A stretch of 64,000 bases of DNA from Planctomycetota bacterium (GTDB taxonomy: Bacteria > Planctomycetota > B15-G4), in the NCBI GenBank assembly GCA_038212275.1, contig JBBQUR010000013.1, positions 82,122 to 146,121 of the forward strand, given 5' to 3'. Numbering within the stretch: the first letter of the stretch is position 1; each line of letters starts with the position of its first letter. Made by a program: the position numbers and the translations under genes. Positions 1-9,793 of the stretch are shown here, piece by piece. The notes under the pieces were generated by a model, which was given only the letters and a program-made list of their open reading frames with translations, searched no databases and was not told the DNA's origin.

Positions 1-1522
1 CGAGCAGCGGCACGCGCATCTCGAGGCCGTGCGCCATCGACATGCGATCGGCCTTCACCAGAATGTCGTCGGGCAGCCACGTGGCGAAGTCCATGGCGAG
101 TACGCGGTTCAGCGGATCGAGTCCGGCAGCAGCCGCGGCGTGCGGCTCGAAGCCCGTGCGCAACGGTGCCTCGTCCGCGACCTCGGGGCGAAGCAGCAGG
201 CGCGCACGCTCCTCGCTGACCCGCGCCATCGAGCGCACGTAGCCTGCCAGCCAGTCGTCCGCGAGGTTGCTGAGCAGCGTGCCCGCGCGCAGGGGCCGCG
301 GAATCCACGGCGCACGCGGCCAGGCGCGACCCAGCGGTCCCAGCAGTCCGCTGCGCAGCGCGGACGGCAGGCGCGCGCGCCAGCTCTCCTCCAGCACGTC
401 GTAGCGCGTGCGGCGATAGCCGGCGAAGTTCTCGTCGCCGCCGTCGCCGGAGAGCGCGACGGTGACGTGCCGGCGCGCGGCCTGGCAGACGAGCCACGTC
501 GGCGCGGCGGAGGTGTCGCCGAAGGGCATCTCGAGGTGCCACGCGAGGCGCGGCAGCAGGTCGAGCAGCTCCGGCGCCGCGACTTCCTCGTGCAGGCGGA
601 TGCCGAGCCCGTCCGCGACCGCACGCGCGTGCGGCCGCTCGTCCATGCCGGGCTCGAGGATGCCGACGCAGACCGCATCCACGTCGCCGCCGCGGAGCTG
701 CGACATGGCCGTGACGATGGCCGAAGAATCCACGCCGCCGGAGAGGAAGGCGCCGAGCGGCACCTCGCTCATGAGGTGGCTCTCCACGGTGGAGCGCAGG
801 CGCGCCCAGAGCTCGTCGGCGTCCGGCTGCTCGCGCCCGGGCTCGAAGCGCAGCACGTGATGGCGCGCGCGCTGCAGCCTGTTCTCCGAGATGCTGACCG
901 ACGTGCCCGGCGGCATCGACTCCACGCCTTCCCAGATGGTCTGCGGCGAGAGCGTGAAACCGAGCGTCGCGCACTGCAGCAGGCCGACGCGCGACACGGC
1001 GGGCCGGCGCGGCAGCGTCGCGAGCAGGCTCTTGGTTTCCGAGCCGAAACGCAGGCCGGAGGCGTCGTGATGCAGGTAAAGCGGCTTGATGCCGAGCGGA
1101 TCGCGCGCGAGGTGCACGCTGCCGTCGCGCAGGTCGTGCAGCGCGAAGGCGTACATGCCGCGCAGGCGCGCGAGCATGCCGGCGAGGCCCCAGTGCAGGT
1201 AGCCGTGCAGGATGACCTCTGCGTCGCTGTGCGAGAGCGGGCGTGCGCCGGCGGCCTCCAGCTGTGCACGCAGCTCCCGGTAGTTCCAGATCTCGCCGTT
1301 GAACATGAGCACGGCGCGACCGCCCGGCTCGCGGATCGGATTCCATCCGCCGCTCACGTCGATGATGGCGAGGCGCCGCTGGCCGAGAGCAACCTGGCCG
1401 TGGAGGTGCGTGCCGTCGCCGTCGGGGCCGCGGTGCGCGATCGTGTCCAGCATCGTCGCCAGCGCTTCGGCCGTCGGAGCCGGCCGACCGGGCGCCGCGA
1501 TGTATCCCGTGATGCCGCACAT
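1..1522 (-). CDS. asnB: Asparagine synthase (glutamine-hydrolysing)-like amidotransferase, runs off the left window edge
   Basis: Minus strand begins ATG TGC GGC ATC ACG GGA TAC (MCGITGY, Ntn Cys). Also reads HRGPDG, GQRRLAIID, FNGEIWNY, ARDPLGIKPL, LSGGVDSS, LSGDGGDE. Start overlaps the upstream TGA. Absent from the ORF track because there is no stop in the window. Confidence 0.93.
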   Translation of the reverse strand, partial: MCGITGYIAAPGRPAPTAEALATMLDTIAHRGPDGDGTHLHGQVALGQRRLAIIDVSGGWNPIREPGGRAVLMFNGEIWNYRELRAQLEAAGARPLSHSDAEVILHGYLHWGLAGMLARLRGMYAFALHDLRDGSVHLARDPLGIKPLYLHHDASGLRFGSETKSLLATLPRRPAVSRVGLLQCATLGFTLSPQTIWEGVESMPPGTSVSISENRLQRARHHVLRFEPGREQPDADELWARLRSTVESHLMSEVPLGAFLSGGVDSSAIVTAMSQLRGGDVDAVCVGILEPGMDERPHARAVADGLGIRLHEEVAAPELLDLLPRLAWHLEMPFGDTSAAPTWLVCQAARRHVTVALSGDGGDENFAGYRRTRYDVLEESWRARLPSALRSGLLGPLGRAWPRAPWIPRPLRAGTLLSNLADDWLAGYVRSMARVSEERARLLLRPEVADEAPLRTGFEPHAAAAAGLDPLNRVLAMDFATWLPDDILVKADRMSMAHGLEMRVPLL

Positions 1523-2688
1523 CAGATGGCCCTCGACTGCATCAGCGCACGGTAGTGACCGACGTAGAGAGCCACCATGCGCTCGTGCGTGAAGGCGGAG
1601 AGGTAGCGATCGCGCGCTGCGCCTTCGAAGAGCGCCCGGCGGCCCGGGTCCGCGAGCAGCGTGGCCAGCGCGTCGCCCAGCGGGGCCGGATCTCCCGCCG
1701 GCACGAGCAGGCCGGTGATCCCGTGCTGCAGCACCTCGCCGTTGCCGCCGACATCGGTCGCGAGGGACGAGCGCCCCATCGCGTGCGCCTCGACGAGCGA
1801 CAGTGACAGGCCTTCGCTGCGGCTGCTGAGCACGAAGACGTCGGCGGCGGCGAGCAGGCGCGCGACGTCGCGGCGCTCGCCGAGCAGCGTGACCGCGCCC
1901 GGCGGCAGCGCGGACGCGCGACGCTGCAACTCCTCGCGCAGCTCGCCGATGCCGGCAATGGCCAGCCGCGCACGCGGCAGGCGCCGCCGCACGTCGGCGA
2001 AGGCCTCGATGAGCCCGGCGTGATTCTTCACCGGCGTGAGGCTGCCCACCGCGAGGGCCACCGGCGAGTCGTCCCAGCCGAGCTCCGCGCGCGCCGCCTG
2101 GCGCGGCCCGGGGAAGGCGCTGCGCGGGTCGTCGATGCCGTTGAGGAGCGTCGTCGTGCGCTGCTCGGGAAAACCCTCCCAGCGCACGAGGGCCTCGCGC
2201 AGCCGTTCCGACACGACGACCGTGTGGTCCACGCGACGCGCCAGCCAGCGGTGCAGCAGGCGATGGCGCAGCGGCGCAGGCATGTCGCGATCGTGCTCCG
2301 TGTAGAGCACAGGCAGGCGCCCCGCACGATGCGCGGCGCGCGCGCCGTGGAAAAGCGCGGTGATGTTGTGGCAGTGCACGAGGCGGATGCCGTCCGCGAC
2401 GAAGCGTGCCGCGAGCGTGCGCGCGTGCCCCGGGTCGGCGCCCTTGCCGCGCGGAAGGTGCACGTGCGCCACTCCGCCGCACGCGAGGTCATCCTCCAGC
2501 GGCCCGCCGCCATCGAAGGTGTAGAGCGTCGGCGTGAAGCTGCGCCGGTCGAGCGCCAGCGCCAGGCGCACGGCCATCGCCTGCAGGCCGCCCACGCGCA
2601 GGTCGGGGACGACGACCGCCAGCTTCACGGGCGAGACGTCGGCCTGGCTGACGGTCGGCGCGGCGGCCGGAGCGGGTGATCCGCTCAT
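1522..2688 (-). CDS. Glycosyltransferase family 4 (GT-B)
   Basis: C-terminal part of ORF 1522..3993: GGLQ, VHCHN, YTEH, VGSLTPVKNH, SRSEGLSLSLVEA, TDVGGNGE. The ATG at 2688 overlaps the upstream stop (ATGA). Confidence 0.92.
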   Translation of the reverse strand: MSGSPAPAAAPTVSQADVSPVKLAVVVPDLRVGGLQAMAVRLALALDRRSFTPTLYTFDGGGPLEDDLACGGVAHVHLPRGKGADPGHARTLAARFVADGIRLVHCHNITALFHGARAAHRAGRLPVLYTEHDRDMPAPLRHRLLHRWLARRVDHTVVVSERLREALVRWEGFPEQRTTTLLNGIDDPRSAFPGPRQAARAELGWDDSPVALAVGSLTPVKNHAGLIEAFADVRRRLPRARLAIAGIGELREELQRRASALPPGAVTLLGERRDVARLLAAADVFVLSSRSEGLSLSLVEAHAMGRSSLATDVGGNGEVLQHGITGLLVPAGDPAPLGDALATLLADPGRRALFEGAARDRYLSAFTHERMVALYVGHYRALMQSRAI

Positions 2689-4040
2689 GAGCCGGGGAGT
2701 TTCACGAAGGGATCCTCGTGGCGCACCCAGACCTTGTGCGCCGGGGAGGGTCCGAAGCGACGTCGTCGCGCCGAGGCGCGCTCGCGTTCGGAGGCCACCA
2801 CGAGCGGCAGCGCCACCGCGACCGCGACGAGCTGGTACACGAGGTCGAAGTGCGCGCGATTCAGGAAGGTGGCGCCGACCATGTAGCCGTAGAGGGTCAC
2901 CTCGATGGCCTTGCTGTAGTTGCTGGCCCAGGCCTCGGCCGTGTCCTTCACCGAGCGCGTCACCGCGCGCAGCCGCCGGATGGTCGTGATGAGGATGAAC
3001 ATGAACACGAGGTAGGCCAGCGTGCCCGACTCTGCCCAGATCTGCAGGTAGCTGTTGTGCGCCACGTGATTCTCGACGACCGTCGTGCCCTGCGGGATGT
3101 AGACGCCGCCGAGGTAGCGCGGGAACTCGTAGAACATGTTCTGGAAGCCGATGCCGAACACCGGGTGGGCCTTGATCATGTTGATCGCCACCTGCCAGCT
3201 GATGAAGCGCGCCTGGGCCGAGGCGTCCTCCGTCGCGTTGCCGATCGAGCGCAGGCGCGCGATGAACTCGGGCGGTGCGAGCAGCAGCGCGATCAGGCCG
3301 AGCATCACGATGCCCGCGAGCGCCGGTACCTTGAAGCGCGTCTTCATCGCCATGATGAAAAGCGTCGCCGACATGGCCAGGAAGCCGCCGCGCGACCCGG
3401 TGGAGATGATCGTGAGAATCGTCAGGAAGAAGGCGACGCGCATGAGCAGCTTGAGCGCGCGCCCGTAGCGGACCCCCGAAACGTCGTACGACACGTACCA
3501 GAGGAAGGGCAGGTTCATCGTGTTGGCCAGCGCGAAGTCGTTGTTGTCGAGCAGCATGCCGCCGGGCCCGTTGAGTGTGCCGCCGCCGGTCAGGAAGAAC
3601 AGGCCGCTCTTGATGCCGTAGAAGCCGAGCGCCAGCGACACGACGATGCCGAAGCTCCGCAGCCGCTCGCGATTCACGAGCAGCGCGGCGGTGAGCAGCG
3701 CGATGAGCATCACCTTGACCAGCTCGAAGTAGCGGTCCTTCACGGCATCGACGGGCATCGAACTCGTGAGCATGGAGATGCCGATCAGCCCGAGCATCAC
3801 GATCATGGCGCGCAGGCGCGCATCCCTGCCCAGCAAGGGCCGGAACTCCCAGACCATCCAGCCGCCGATCATGGCCAGCGCCACGAACTGGCTGATGGGC
3901 AGCGCGCGTGCGAAGCCCCAGGTGAGGTCCTGTGTCCGGTTGTAGGCCAGCCAGCTGAAGGTCATCAGGCCGAACCATGGCCTCAGGAAGCACGCGGGCA
4001 GCAGCGTCGCGAAGATCAGGAAGACGATGACGTCACGCAT
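2685..4040 (-). CDS. O-antigen ligase/Wzy-like polytopic membrane protein (resembles the exosortase-A-system O-glycosylation ligase)
   Basis: MRDVIVFLIF start, many TM segments, and motifs DNNDFA, TGSRGGF, HPVFGIG, AHNSYLQIWAESG. Confidence 0.88.
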   Translation of the reverse strand: MRDVIVFLIFATLLPACFLRPWFGLMTFSWLAYNRTQDLTWGFARALPISQFVALAMIGGWMVWEFRPLLGRDARLRAMIVMLGLIGISMLTSSMPVDAVKDRYFELVKVMLIALLTAALLVNRERLRSFGIVVSLALGFYGIKSGLFFLTGGGTLNGPGGMLLDNNDFALANTMNLPFLWYVSYDVSGVRYGRALKLLMRVAFFLTILTIISTGSRGGFLAMSATLFIMAMKTRFKVPALAGIVMLGLIALLLAPPEFIARLRSIGNATEDASAQARFISWQVAINMIKAHPVFGIGFQNMFYEFPRYLGGVYIPQGTTVVENHVAHNSYLQIWAESGTLAYLVFMFILITTIRRLRAVTRSVKDTAEAWASNYSKAIEVTLYGYMVGATFLNRAHFDLVYQLVAVAVALPLVVASERERASARRRRFGPSPAHKVWVRHEDPFVKLPGS

Positions 4041-5232
4041 GGGCGGTCTCCCGCGCCAGGCTCTCGAGGCGTGCCAGCACGTCGTCCCAGTCGTGCGCCG
4101 TGGCGACCCACGACTGGCCGGCGGCGCCGAGCGCATCGGCGGCGCGGGCGTCGGTCAGCAGGCGGATCGCGGCGCCGGCCATCGCCTCGGCGCCGTCGGC
4201 CACGAGGTAGTCGCGACCGGGCGAGCCGGTCAGCGCCCGGGCGCAGAAGCTCGAGACGACGGTGGCGCGTCCGGCGGCCAGCGCCTCGATGATCTTGTTG
4301 GGCAGGCCGCGACCGGTCGCCAGCGGCGAGAGGAACACCGCGCAGCGCGACAGCCCCTCGGCCACCGAATCCAGCGCGCCGGTGACCTCCACCGCGCCGC
4401 CCGAGTCCGTGGCGAGAGCCTTCACTGCGGCCGTCGGCGCGCGGCCCAGCAGCAGCAGTCTCGCCCCGGGCACCGCAGCGCGCACGAGAGGCAGCACCTT
4501 CTGCGCCAGGAACACCGCGGCCTCCACGTTGGGCGGATAGTCCATCTGTCCGAGGAAGCCGAGCGTCGGACCCGAGCGGGATGGCACGGGCAGGCCGGCC
4601 AGTTGCTGCCACGGCACGCCGTTGGTGAGCAGTTCGAGGCGCGCCGGGCGACCGCCGCGCGCCAGCAGATCGTCGCGTTCGCCGGGCGTGATCACGAGCG
4701 TGAGATCCGCGGACTCCGCAAGCTGCCGTTCGACCGGCAGCAGGCGTCGGGCCTCGATGCGGTAGATCCAGCCGCGCGGTCCGGGTGTGCTCGCGCCGAG
4801 CGCCTCCCACTTGAGCGCGTCGAGGTCGCAGAGATCCATGATGCGCCGCCGCGCGCGGCAGCGCCGCCACCACGCGGCGGTGCCGGAAGAGAACGCCCAG
4901 AGCAGGCCGTATTCGTGGCGCGCGCAGAGAGCGTCGATCGTCCTCTCCACGCGCGCGTCGCGGTGCCAGCCGAGCGTGAGGCTGCCTCCCGAGAGCAACG
5001 CGATGCCGGCGGAGACCAGCGCGGCCGGGCGCCTCCGGACGAAGACATGCACCTCGCGGCACACGGAGCGCAGGCCGGGAAGCGCCGCCGCGGCGTCCGC
5101 CTCGCTGTCGGCCTGCGCGACGAGGTCCACGGGCCCGAGCGTGGCAAGGCGCTGCAGATGCCGCCAGGCGCGCAGCCGATCCCCCTTGTCGGGAGGATAG
5201 GGCGCCCTGTGCGCGAGGAAGAGCACATCCAA
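4033..5232 (-). CDS. Glycosyltransferase family 4-like sugar transferase (PEP-CTERM/EpsH-associated type)
   Basis: LFLAHRAPYPPDKGDRLR N-terminus, DLCDLDALKW, FLGQMDYPPN, RGLPNKIIEALA. TTG start chosen after a GGGGAGG Shine-Dalgarno. Confidence 0.88.
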   Translation of the reverse strand: MDVLFLAHRAPYPPDKGDRLRAWRHLQRLATLGPVDLVAQADSEADAAAALPGLRSVCREVHVFVRRRPAALVSAGIALLSGGSLTLGWHRDARVERTIDALCARHEYGLLWAFSSGTAAWWRRCRARRRIMDLCDLDALKWEALGASTPGPRGWIYRIEARRLLPVERQLAESADLTLVITPGERDDLLARGGRPARLELLTNGVPWQQLAGLPVPSRSGPTLGFLGQMDYPPNVEAAVFLAQKVLPLVRAAVPGARLLLLGRAPTAAVKALATDSGGAVEVTGALDSVAEGLSRCAVFLSPLATGRGLPNKIIEALAAGRATVVSSFCARALTGSPGRDYLVADGAEAMAGAAIRLLTDARAADALGAAGQSWVATAHDWDDVLARLESLARETAHA

Positions 5233-5254
5233 CGCGGCCTCCCCGGCGACACCC

Positions 5255-6934
5255 TCAGGTGAGCGCCATCCGCACTTCACGCAGGGTGCGGCGCAGCGCG
5301 GTGGGCAGCACGTCCGGAAACTCGGAATAGATGTACAGGCCGGTCGCCAGCGACAGCAGCACGAGCAGCATCGTGGCCCAGGTGAGTGCCTGCTGCACGC
5401 GGCGCGCCCGGACGTCTCGTGCGGTGAGAATGAGGTCCACCGCGCCGAGCACGGGAACGCCCAGTGAACGGCTCACGTCCTTCACCGTGCCGAAGGAACT
5501 GCGCGTGACCTCCGCGAGCACGGGGCCGAGCGCCCCCACGCCGAGTCCCGCGAGGAGCGCCACCGCCATGATGATGGCCGAGATGGGCAGCACGGGGTGC
5601 ACCGGTTCCACGCCGAACTCCAGGATCTCGAAGGGCCCGGTCGAGACGAGCTCGAAGGCCGAGCTGTCCGCGCCGAAGTTGGTCGCGCGATACTGCAGCA
5701 CCTTTTCGCGCAGCGGCTGGATCGCCACCTGCGTGGCGGAGAGCAGCTCTTCCGCGATATCGATGTCGGTGTCGAGCTTGGCGAGTTCCTGGGTGACTTC
5801 GGGCAGCCGATCGAGATTGGCCTGTGCCTCGTCGTATTCCTTCTGGATGGTGCCGAGCACGCCGCGCTTCTCGCGCTCCTTGGCCTGCGCCGTTTCGAGC
5901 AGCCCCTGGGCCGTGTACCAGTCCGGGTTGGTCTGCATCTGCATGCGCTCTGCGCCGACGACGCCACCGGCCTTCTCCACAGCCGCCACCGCGGCGTCGT
6001 AGTCCTTCTGCGCGCGGATACGCTTCCAGTGCAGGGCCGTGTAGCCGTTGACCGGGTCCTTGGCCGCCTCGAGCGCCTCCTCCGCCTCGAGCAGCTTCGC
6101 GATCGCCTTGGCCTGCTCCTCGTTGTCGGGCGCGACCGGCGCGGGCGCTTCCTTGGGGATGAGCTTGAGCTGGCCGTTCAGCACCGCGATCTCGCTCTGC
6201 ACCGACTCGAGCTCGGCCTCGGCCTTCTGGCGCTCGAGCACCATCGCGCCCTTGATCTCGTTGTTGACGTCGGGCGTGTTCAGCGCGGGGACGTGGTTCT
6301 CGCGCTCGTAGGTGCGCTTGGCGCCGAGGGCCGCCTCATACGCGGCCCGGCGCTCGTTGAGCACGGACTCCATGCGGTCCGCGGCGTCCTCGAGCGACTT
6401 CTTGTAGCCCTCGAGCGTCAGCTGGATCCACGCGTCGCGCAGGCGGTTCACGAAGTCCGCCGCCTTGCGCGGCGAGGTCCAGCGGAATTTCACCGTGATG
6501 TTCTGCGTGCCGACCGGGTCGGGAATCAGCTCGACGTTCAGATTCTTGCCGAGTTTCTCGGCGAGATCGCGGCGGTCCGCCTCCTTGCCCGCAGTGTCGA
6601 GCCACTCCACCCACTGGAGCTCGTTCATCACCTTGTCGATGCGCTTGCGCGAGCGCAGCTCGTTCTCGAGCGCCTTGACCTTCTTGGGCAGCGGGATGTC
6701 CGCCAGGTTGTCCAGCAGCACGGCATCGGACACGACCTGCCAGTCGCGCAGCGAAAACGTCGTGGACGACTCGTACTTGTTCGGCCAGAGCATGGTCAGG
6801 AACAGGCCGAGCAGCAGGAAGACGGCAGTCGTGAACGCGACGCGCACCGCGTTGCGGCGGATCGCGCGGAGGACCTCCGCCAGCGCCTCGCGCGGGTCGA
6901 TCTGCTGCACTTGCTTGTCGGCCGCGTCTGCCAT
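5255..6934 (-). CDS. Polysaccharide chain-length determinant (Wzc/GumC-like, no fused kinase)
   Basis: N-terminal TM followed by PNKYESSTT, long coiled coil, C-terminal TM, LGVPVLGAV, and a further terminal TM. No Walker A domain. Confidence 0.85.
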   Translation of the reverse strand: MADAADKQVQQIDPREALAEVLRAIRRNAVRVAFTTAVFLLLGLFLTMLWPNKYESSTTFSLRDWQVVSDAVLLDNLADIPLPKKVKALENELRSRKRIDKVMNELQWVEWLDTAGKEADRRDLAEKLGKNLNVELIPDPVGTQNITVKFRWTSPRKAADFVNRLRDAWIQLTLEGYKKSLEDAADRMESVLNERRAAYEAALGAKRTYERENHVPALNTPDVNNEIKGAMVLERQKAEAELESVQSEIAVLNGQLKLIPKEAPAPVAPDNEEQAKAIAKLLEAEEALEAAKDPVNGYTALHWKRIRAQKDYDAAVAAVEKAGGVVGAERMQMQTNPDWYTAQGLLETAQAKEREKRGVLGTIQKEYDEAQANLDRLPEVTQELAKLDTDIDIAEELLSATQVAIQPLREKVLQYRATNFGADSSAFELVSTGPFEILEFGVEPVHPVLPISAIIMAVALLAGLGVGALGPVLAEVTRSSFGTVKDVSRSLGVPVLGAVDLILTARDVRARRVQQALTWATMLLVLLSLATGLYIYSEFPDVLPTALRRTLREVRMALT

Positions 6935-6937
6935 GCG

Positions 6938-7738
6938 TCAGTTGAAGTTGGGGTTGTTGTTGTTGTTGTAGCTGTAGTTGTAGTTGTTGTTGCTCTGCCC
7001 GAAGCTGTCCTGATACGAGACGATGGTGTTCGCGCTCTGGAACAGGGAAGCGATCGGCTTCAACGGCGCGGCCAGCGCGGCCACGAAGGCGGTGATGTAT
7101 CCGATGACCGACGGCGTGAGGTACACGATGTCGTTCTCGCGGATCTGGATGTTGTCGCGCGTGAGGCCTTCCGAGATCACGGCCTCGTAGTCGCAGCGGA
7201 TGACCAGCGGATACTCCGGGTCTCCCCGGATGACCCGGATGTCGGTGCAGTCCACGAGCACCGGGTCGAGGTTGGCGGTGATGAGCACGTCCGTCAGCAG
7301 CTGGTCACCCTTGAAGGCGTACGACGACGGCTTGCGCGGCGGCAGGCCCGACACGTAGTAGCGCTTGCTGTCGAAGGTCGTCACGTTGACCACCATGCTG
7401 CTCGTGTCGTTCACGTACTCGGCGTAGCGCAGGCGCACCGCCTGCGTGGCCTCGTCGGGCGACAGGCCGTTGAGATAGACCTCGCCGACCTCGGGCAGCG
7501 TGACCACGCCGTCCATGCGCACCTTCTCGCTGATGTTGTTGTATTCGGGATGTCCGGGGTCGCGCAGCGTGATCGAGTCCTGGATCCCGATGTAGTACTG
7601 CCTGTTGGCGTCTTCGGTCGGGCGGCCGAAGCCGCGCTGATTGAGCACCTGCAGCACGCGCGCGTCATCGGATGTCTGGCAGCTTGAACACGCCAGCAGC
7701 AGCACGGCGAGCAGCAGCCGGGTTGGCCTGCCGGTCAT
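6938..7738 (-). CDS. wza: Polysaccharide export lipoprotein (Wza/Poly_export + SLBB)
   Basis: Lipobox-like LLLACSSC, YYIGIQDSI, VRMDGVVTLPEVGEV, NIQIRENDIVY, and a C-terminal amphipathic helix. Confidence 0.85.
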   Translation of the reverse strand: MTGRPTRLLLAVLLLACSSCQTSDDARVLQVLNQRGFGRPTEDANRQYYIGIQDSITLRDPGHPEYNNISEKVRMDGVVTLPEVGEVYLNGLSPDEATQAVRLRYAEYVNDTSSMVVNVTTFDSKRYYVSGLPPRKPSSYAFKGDQLLTDVLITANLDPVLVDCTDIRVIRGDPEYPLVIRCDYEAVISEGLTRDNIQIRENDIVYLTPSVIGYITAFVAALAAPLKPIASLFQSANTIVSYQDSFGQSNNNYNYSYNNNNNPNFN

Positions 7739-7868
7739 GTCTCTCTCCACCGACCCTTGGACTCGCCGAACCGTGCCTCCGGCGCTCCCGTCCGCGCCAG
7801 GCGGCCGGGAAGGAGTCGGAGTCGATCCGCGGCCGATGATATCGACGGCAAGTGCCAAACGGATGGAG

Positions 7869-8888
7869 CTAAACGCCCATCCGGGCCCCGTATTGCGTGG
7901 CGTAGTAGTCCCGGTAGGCGCCGGAACGCACGCGCTCCCACCAGTCGCGGCGGGTCCGGTACCAGGCAATCGTGTCCGGGAGCGCCTCCTCGAAGCGCCG
8001 GGCGGGCTCCCAGCCGAGGTCCGCGCGGATGGCGCCGGCGTCCATGGCATAGCGGCGATCGTGCCCGGGCCGGTCCTTCACGGACCGGATCAGGCTCTCG
8101 GGCTTGCCGAGTTCCTTCAGGATGAGCCGCACGACCTCGATGTTCGTGCGTTCGCTGTTGCCGCCGATGTTGTAGACCGAGCCGGGCGCCGCCTTCTCGA
8201 AGCAGGTCCAGATGGCCGAGCAGTGGTCCTCCACGTGCAGCCAGTCGCGCACCTGCAGGCCGTCGCCGTAGACCGGCAGGGGCTTGTCCTCCAGCGCGTT
8301 GGCGATCATCAACGGAATGAGCTTCTCGGGGAACTGGAGCGGCCCATAGTTGTTCGAGCAGCGCGTGATGACCGCCTCCAGGCCGTGCGTGTGCACCGCG
8401 GCCCGCACGAGCAGGTCGGCCGCGGCCTTGCTGGCGGCGTAGGGGCTGTTGGGCGCCAGGGGCGTGTCCTCGCGAAAGGCGCCGGTGGGCCCGAGCGTGC
8501 CGTAGACCTCGTCGGTGGAGACCTGCAGGTAGCGCCGCACGCCGTGGGCACGCGAGAGGTCGAGCAGCACCTGCGTGCCGAGGATGTTGTTCCGGACGAA
8601 GGGCGTCGCGTCGAGGATGCTGCGATCGACGTGGCTCTCGGCGGCGAAATGGATCACGCCGTCCGGCTTGTGCTGCGCGAAGACCGCCTCCATCGCGTCC
8701 CGGTCGGCGACGTCCGCACGCACGAACACGTGGCCCTTGTCGCCCTCGATGGGCCGCAGGTTCTCGAGATTGCCCGCGTAGGTGAGCAAGTCCACGTTCA
8801 CCAGCCGCACGTCGGGCCGCGTGCGACGGAGCTGCAGCACGAAATTGCTGCCGATGAAGCCGGCGCCGCCGGTGACCAGGATGTTCAT
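7869..8888 (-). CDS. rfbB: dTDP-glucose 4,6-dehydratase
   Basis: [57 protein letters not shown]. Confidence 0.97.
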   Translation of the reverse strand: MNILVTGGAGFIGSNFVLQLRRTRPDVRLVNVDLLTYAGNLENLRPIEGDKGHVFVRADVADRDAMEAVFAQHKPDGVIHFAAESHVDRSILDATPFVRNNILGTQVLLDLSRAHGVRRYLQVSTDEVYGTLGPTGAFREDTPLAPNSPYAASKAAADLLVRAAVHTHGLEAVITRCSNNYGPLQFPEKLIPLMIANALEDKPLPVYGDGLQVRDWLHVEDHCSAIWTCFEKAAPGSVYNIGGNSERTNIEVVRLILKELGKPESLIRSVKDRPGHDRRYAMDAGAIRADLGWEPARRFEEALPDTIAWYRTRRDWWERVRSGAYRDYYATQYGARMGV

Positions 8889-8916
8889 GGAGGACTCCTT
8901 GCGGGGGCGCGACGGC

Positions 8917-9792
8917 TCAAGCCGGGGGGCGGGCCTGGGGGCCGGCGACGTGGCGGGCAAGATAGCGGGCCAGGCCCTCCTGCCACGACGGGAGGCCCGT
9001 GCCCAGCGCATCGCGCAGCCGGGTGTTGCTGAGCACGGAGCGGGCCGGCCTCGGCGCCGGCCGTGCGAGCTGGGCCGTGCTCTGACGCTTCAGTCGGACT
9101 GAGGAGCCCGACTGGCGGAAGATCTCCGCGGCAAAGTCGTGCCACGAGCAACTCCCCGCGTTGCTCGCGTGGTAGGTGCCGTGCTGCGGCGCGAGCCCGA
9201 GCATCAGCCAGAGCACCGGCGCCAGGTCATGCGTGCACGTCGGGCTGCCGACCTGGTCGTCCACCACGGCGAGTTCGGATTTCTCCGACGCCAGCTTGAG
9301 CATCGTGTCCACGAAGTTCCTGCCGTGGCTGCCGTAGAGCCACTGCGTGCGCACGATCCAGTGGCGCGGGCAGCGCTCGCGCACCAGCTGTTCGCCCACG
9401 AGCTTGCTGCGGCCGTACGCGGACAGAGGGCCGGTGGCGTCCTCTTCGGAGTATTCTCCCGGCGCGGGAATCGTTCCGTCGAAGACGTAGTCCGTGGAGA
9501 CGTGCAGCAGCGGGATGCCGGCCGTGCTGCAGGCGTCCGCCACCAGGCCCGCGCCGGTGCCGTTCACGGCGGTGGCCGCGGACTCCTGCGTCTCGCAGAG
9601 ATCCACGTTGGTGAAGGCCGCGCCGTTGATCACGGCATCGGGCTTCGCTTCGCGGAAGGCGCGCGCGACGGACTCGCCATCGCTGATGTCGATGCCGGGA
9701 AGGTCCGCGTCGAGCATCGTGACGCCGGACGGACAACTCTCGCGCAGCGCAAAGCCGAGCATTCCCGCGCTTCCCGTCACCAGCACGCGCAT
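8917..9792 (-). CDS. rfbD: dTDP-4-dehydrorhamnose reductase
   Basis: GSAGMLG, AAFTNVDLCE, STDYVFDG, YGRSKLVGE, VVDDQVGSPT, APRP. Confidence 0.96.
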   Translation of the reverse strand: MRVLVTGSAGMLGFALRESCPSGVTMLDADLPGIDISDGESVARAFREAKPDAVINGAAFTNVDLCETQESAATAVNGTGAGLVADACSTAGIPLLHVSTDYVFDGTIPAPGEYSEEDATGPLSAYGRSKLVGEQLVRERCPRHWIVRTQWLYGSHGRNFVDTMLKLASEKSELAVVDDQVGSPTCTHDLAPVLWLMLGLAPQHGTYHASNAGSCSWHDFAAEIFRQSGSSVRLKRQSTAQLARPAPRPARSVLSNTRLRDALGTGLPSWQEGLARYLARHVAGPQARPPA

Positions 9793-9793
9793 G

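Noticed and set aside
1522..3993. 823-aa ORF suggesting a large fusion protein
   Set aside because: Its N-terminal half is an off-frame shadow of the ligase-like gene. The real GT4 starts at 2688 with an ATGA overlap.
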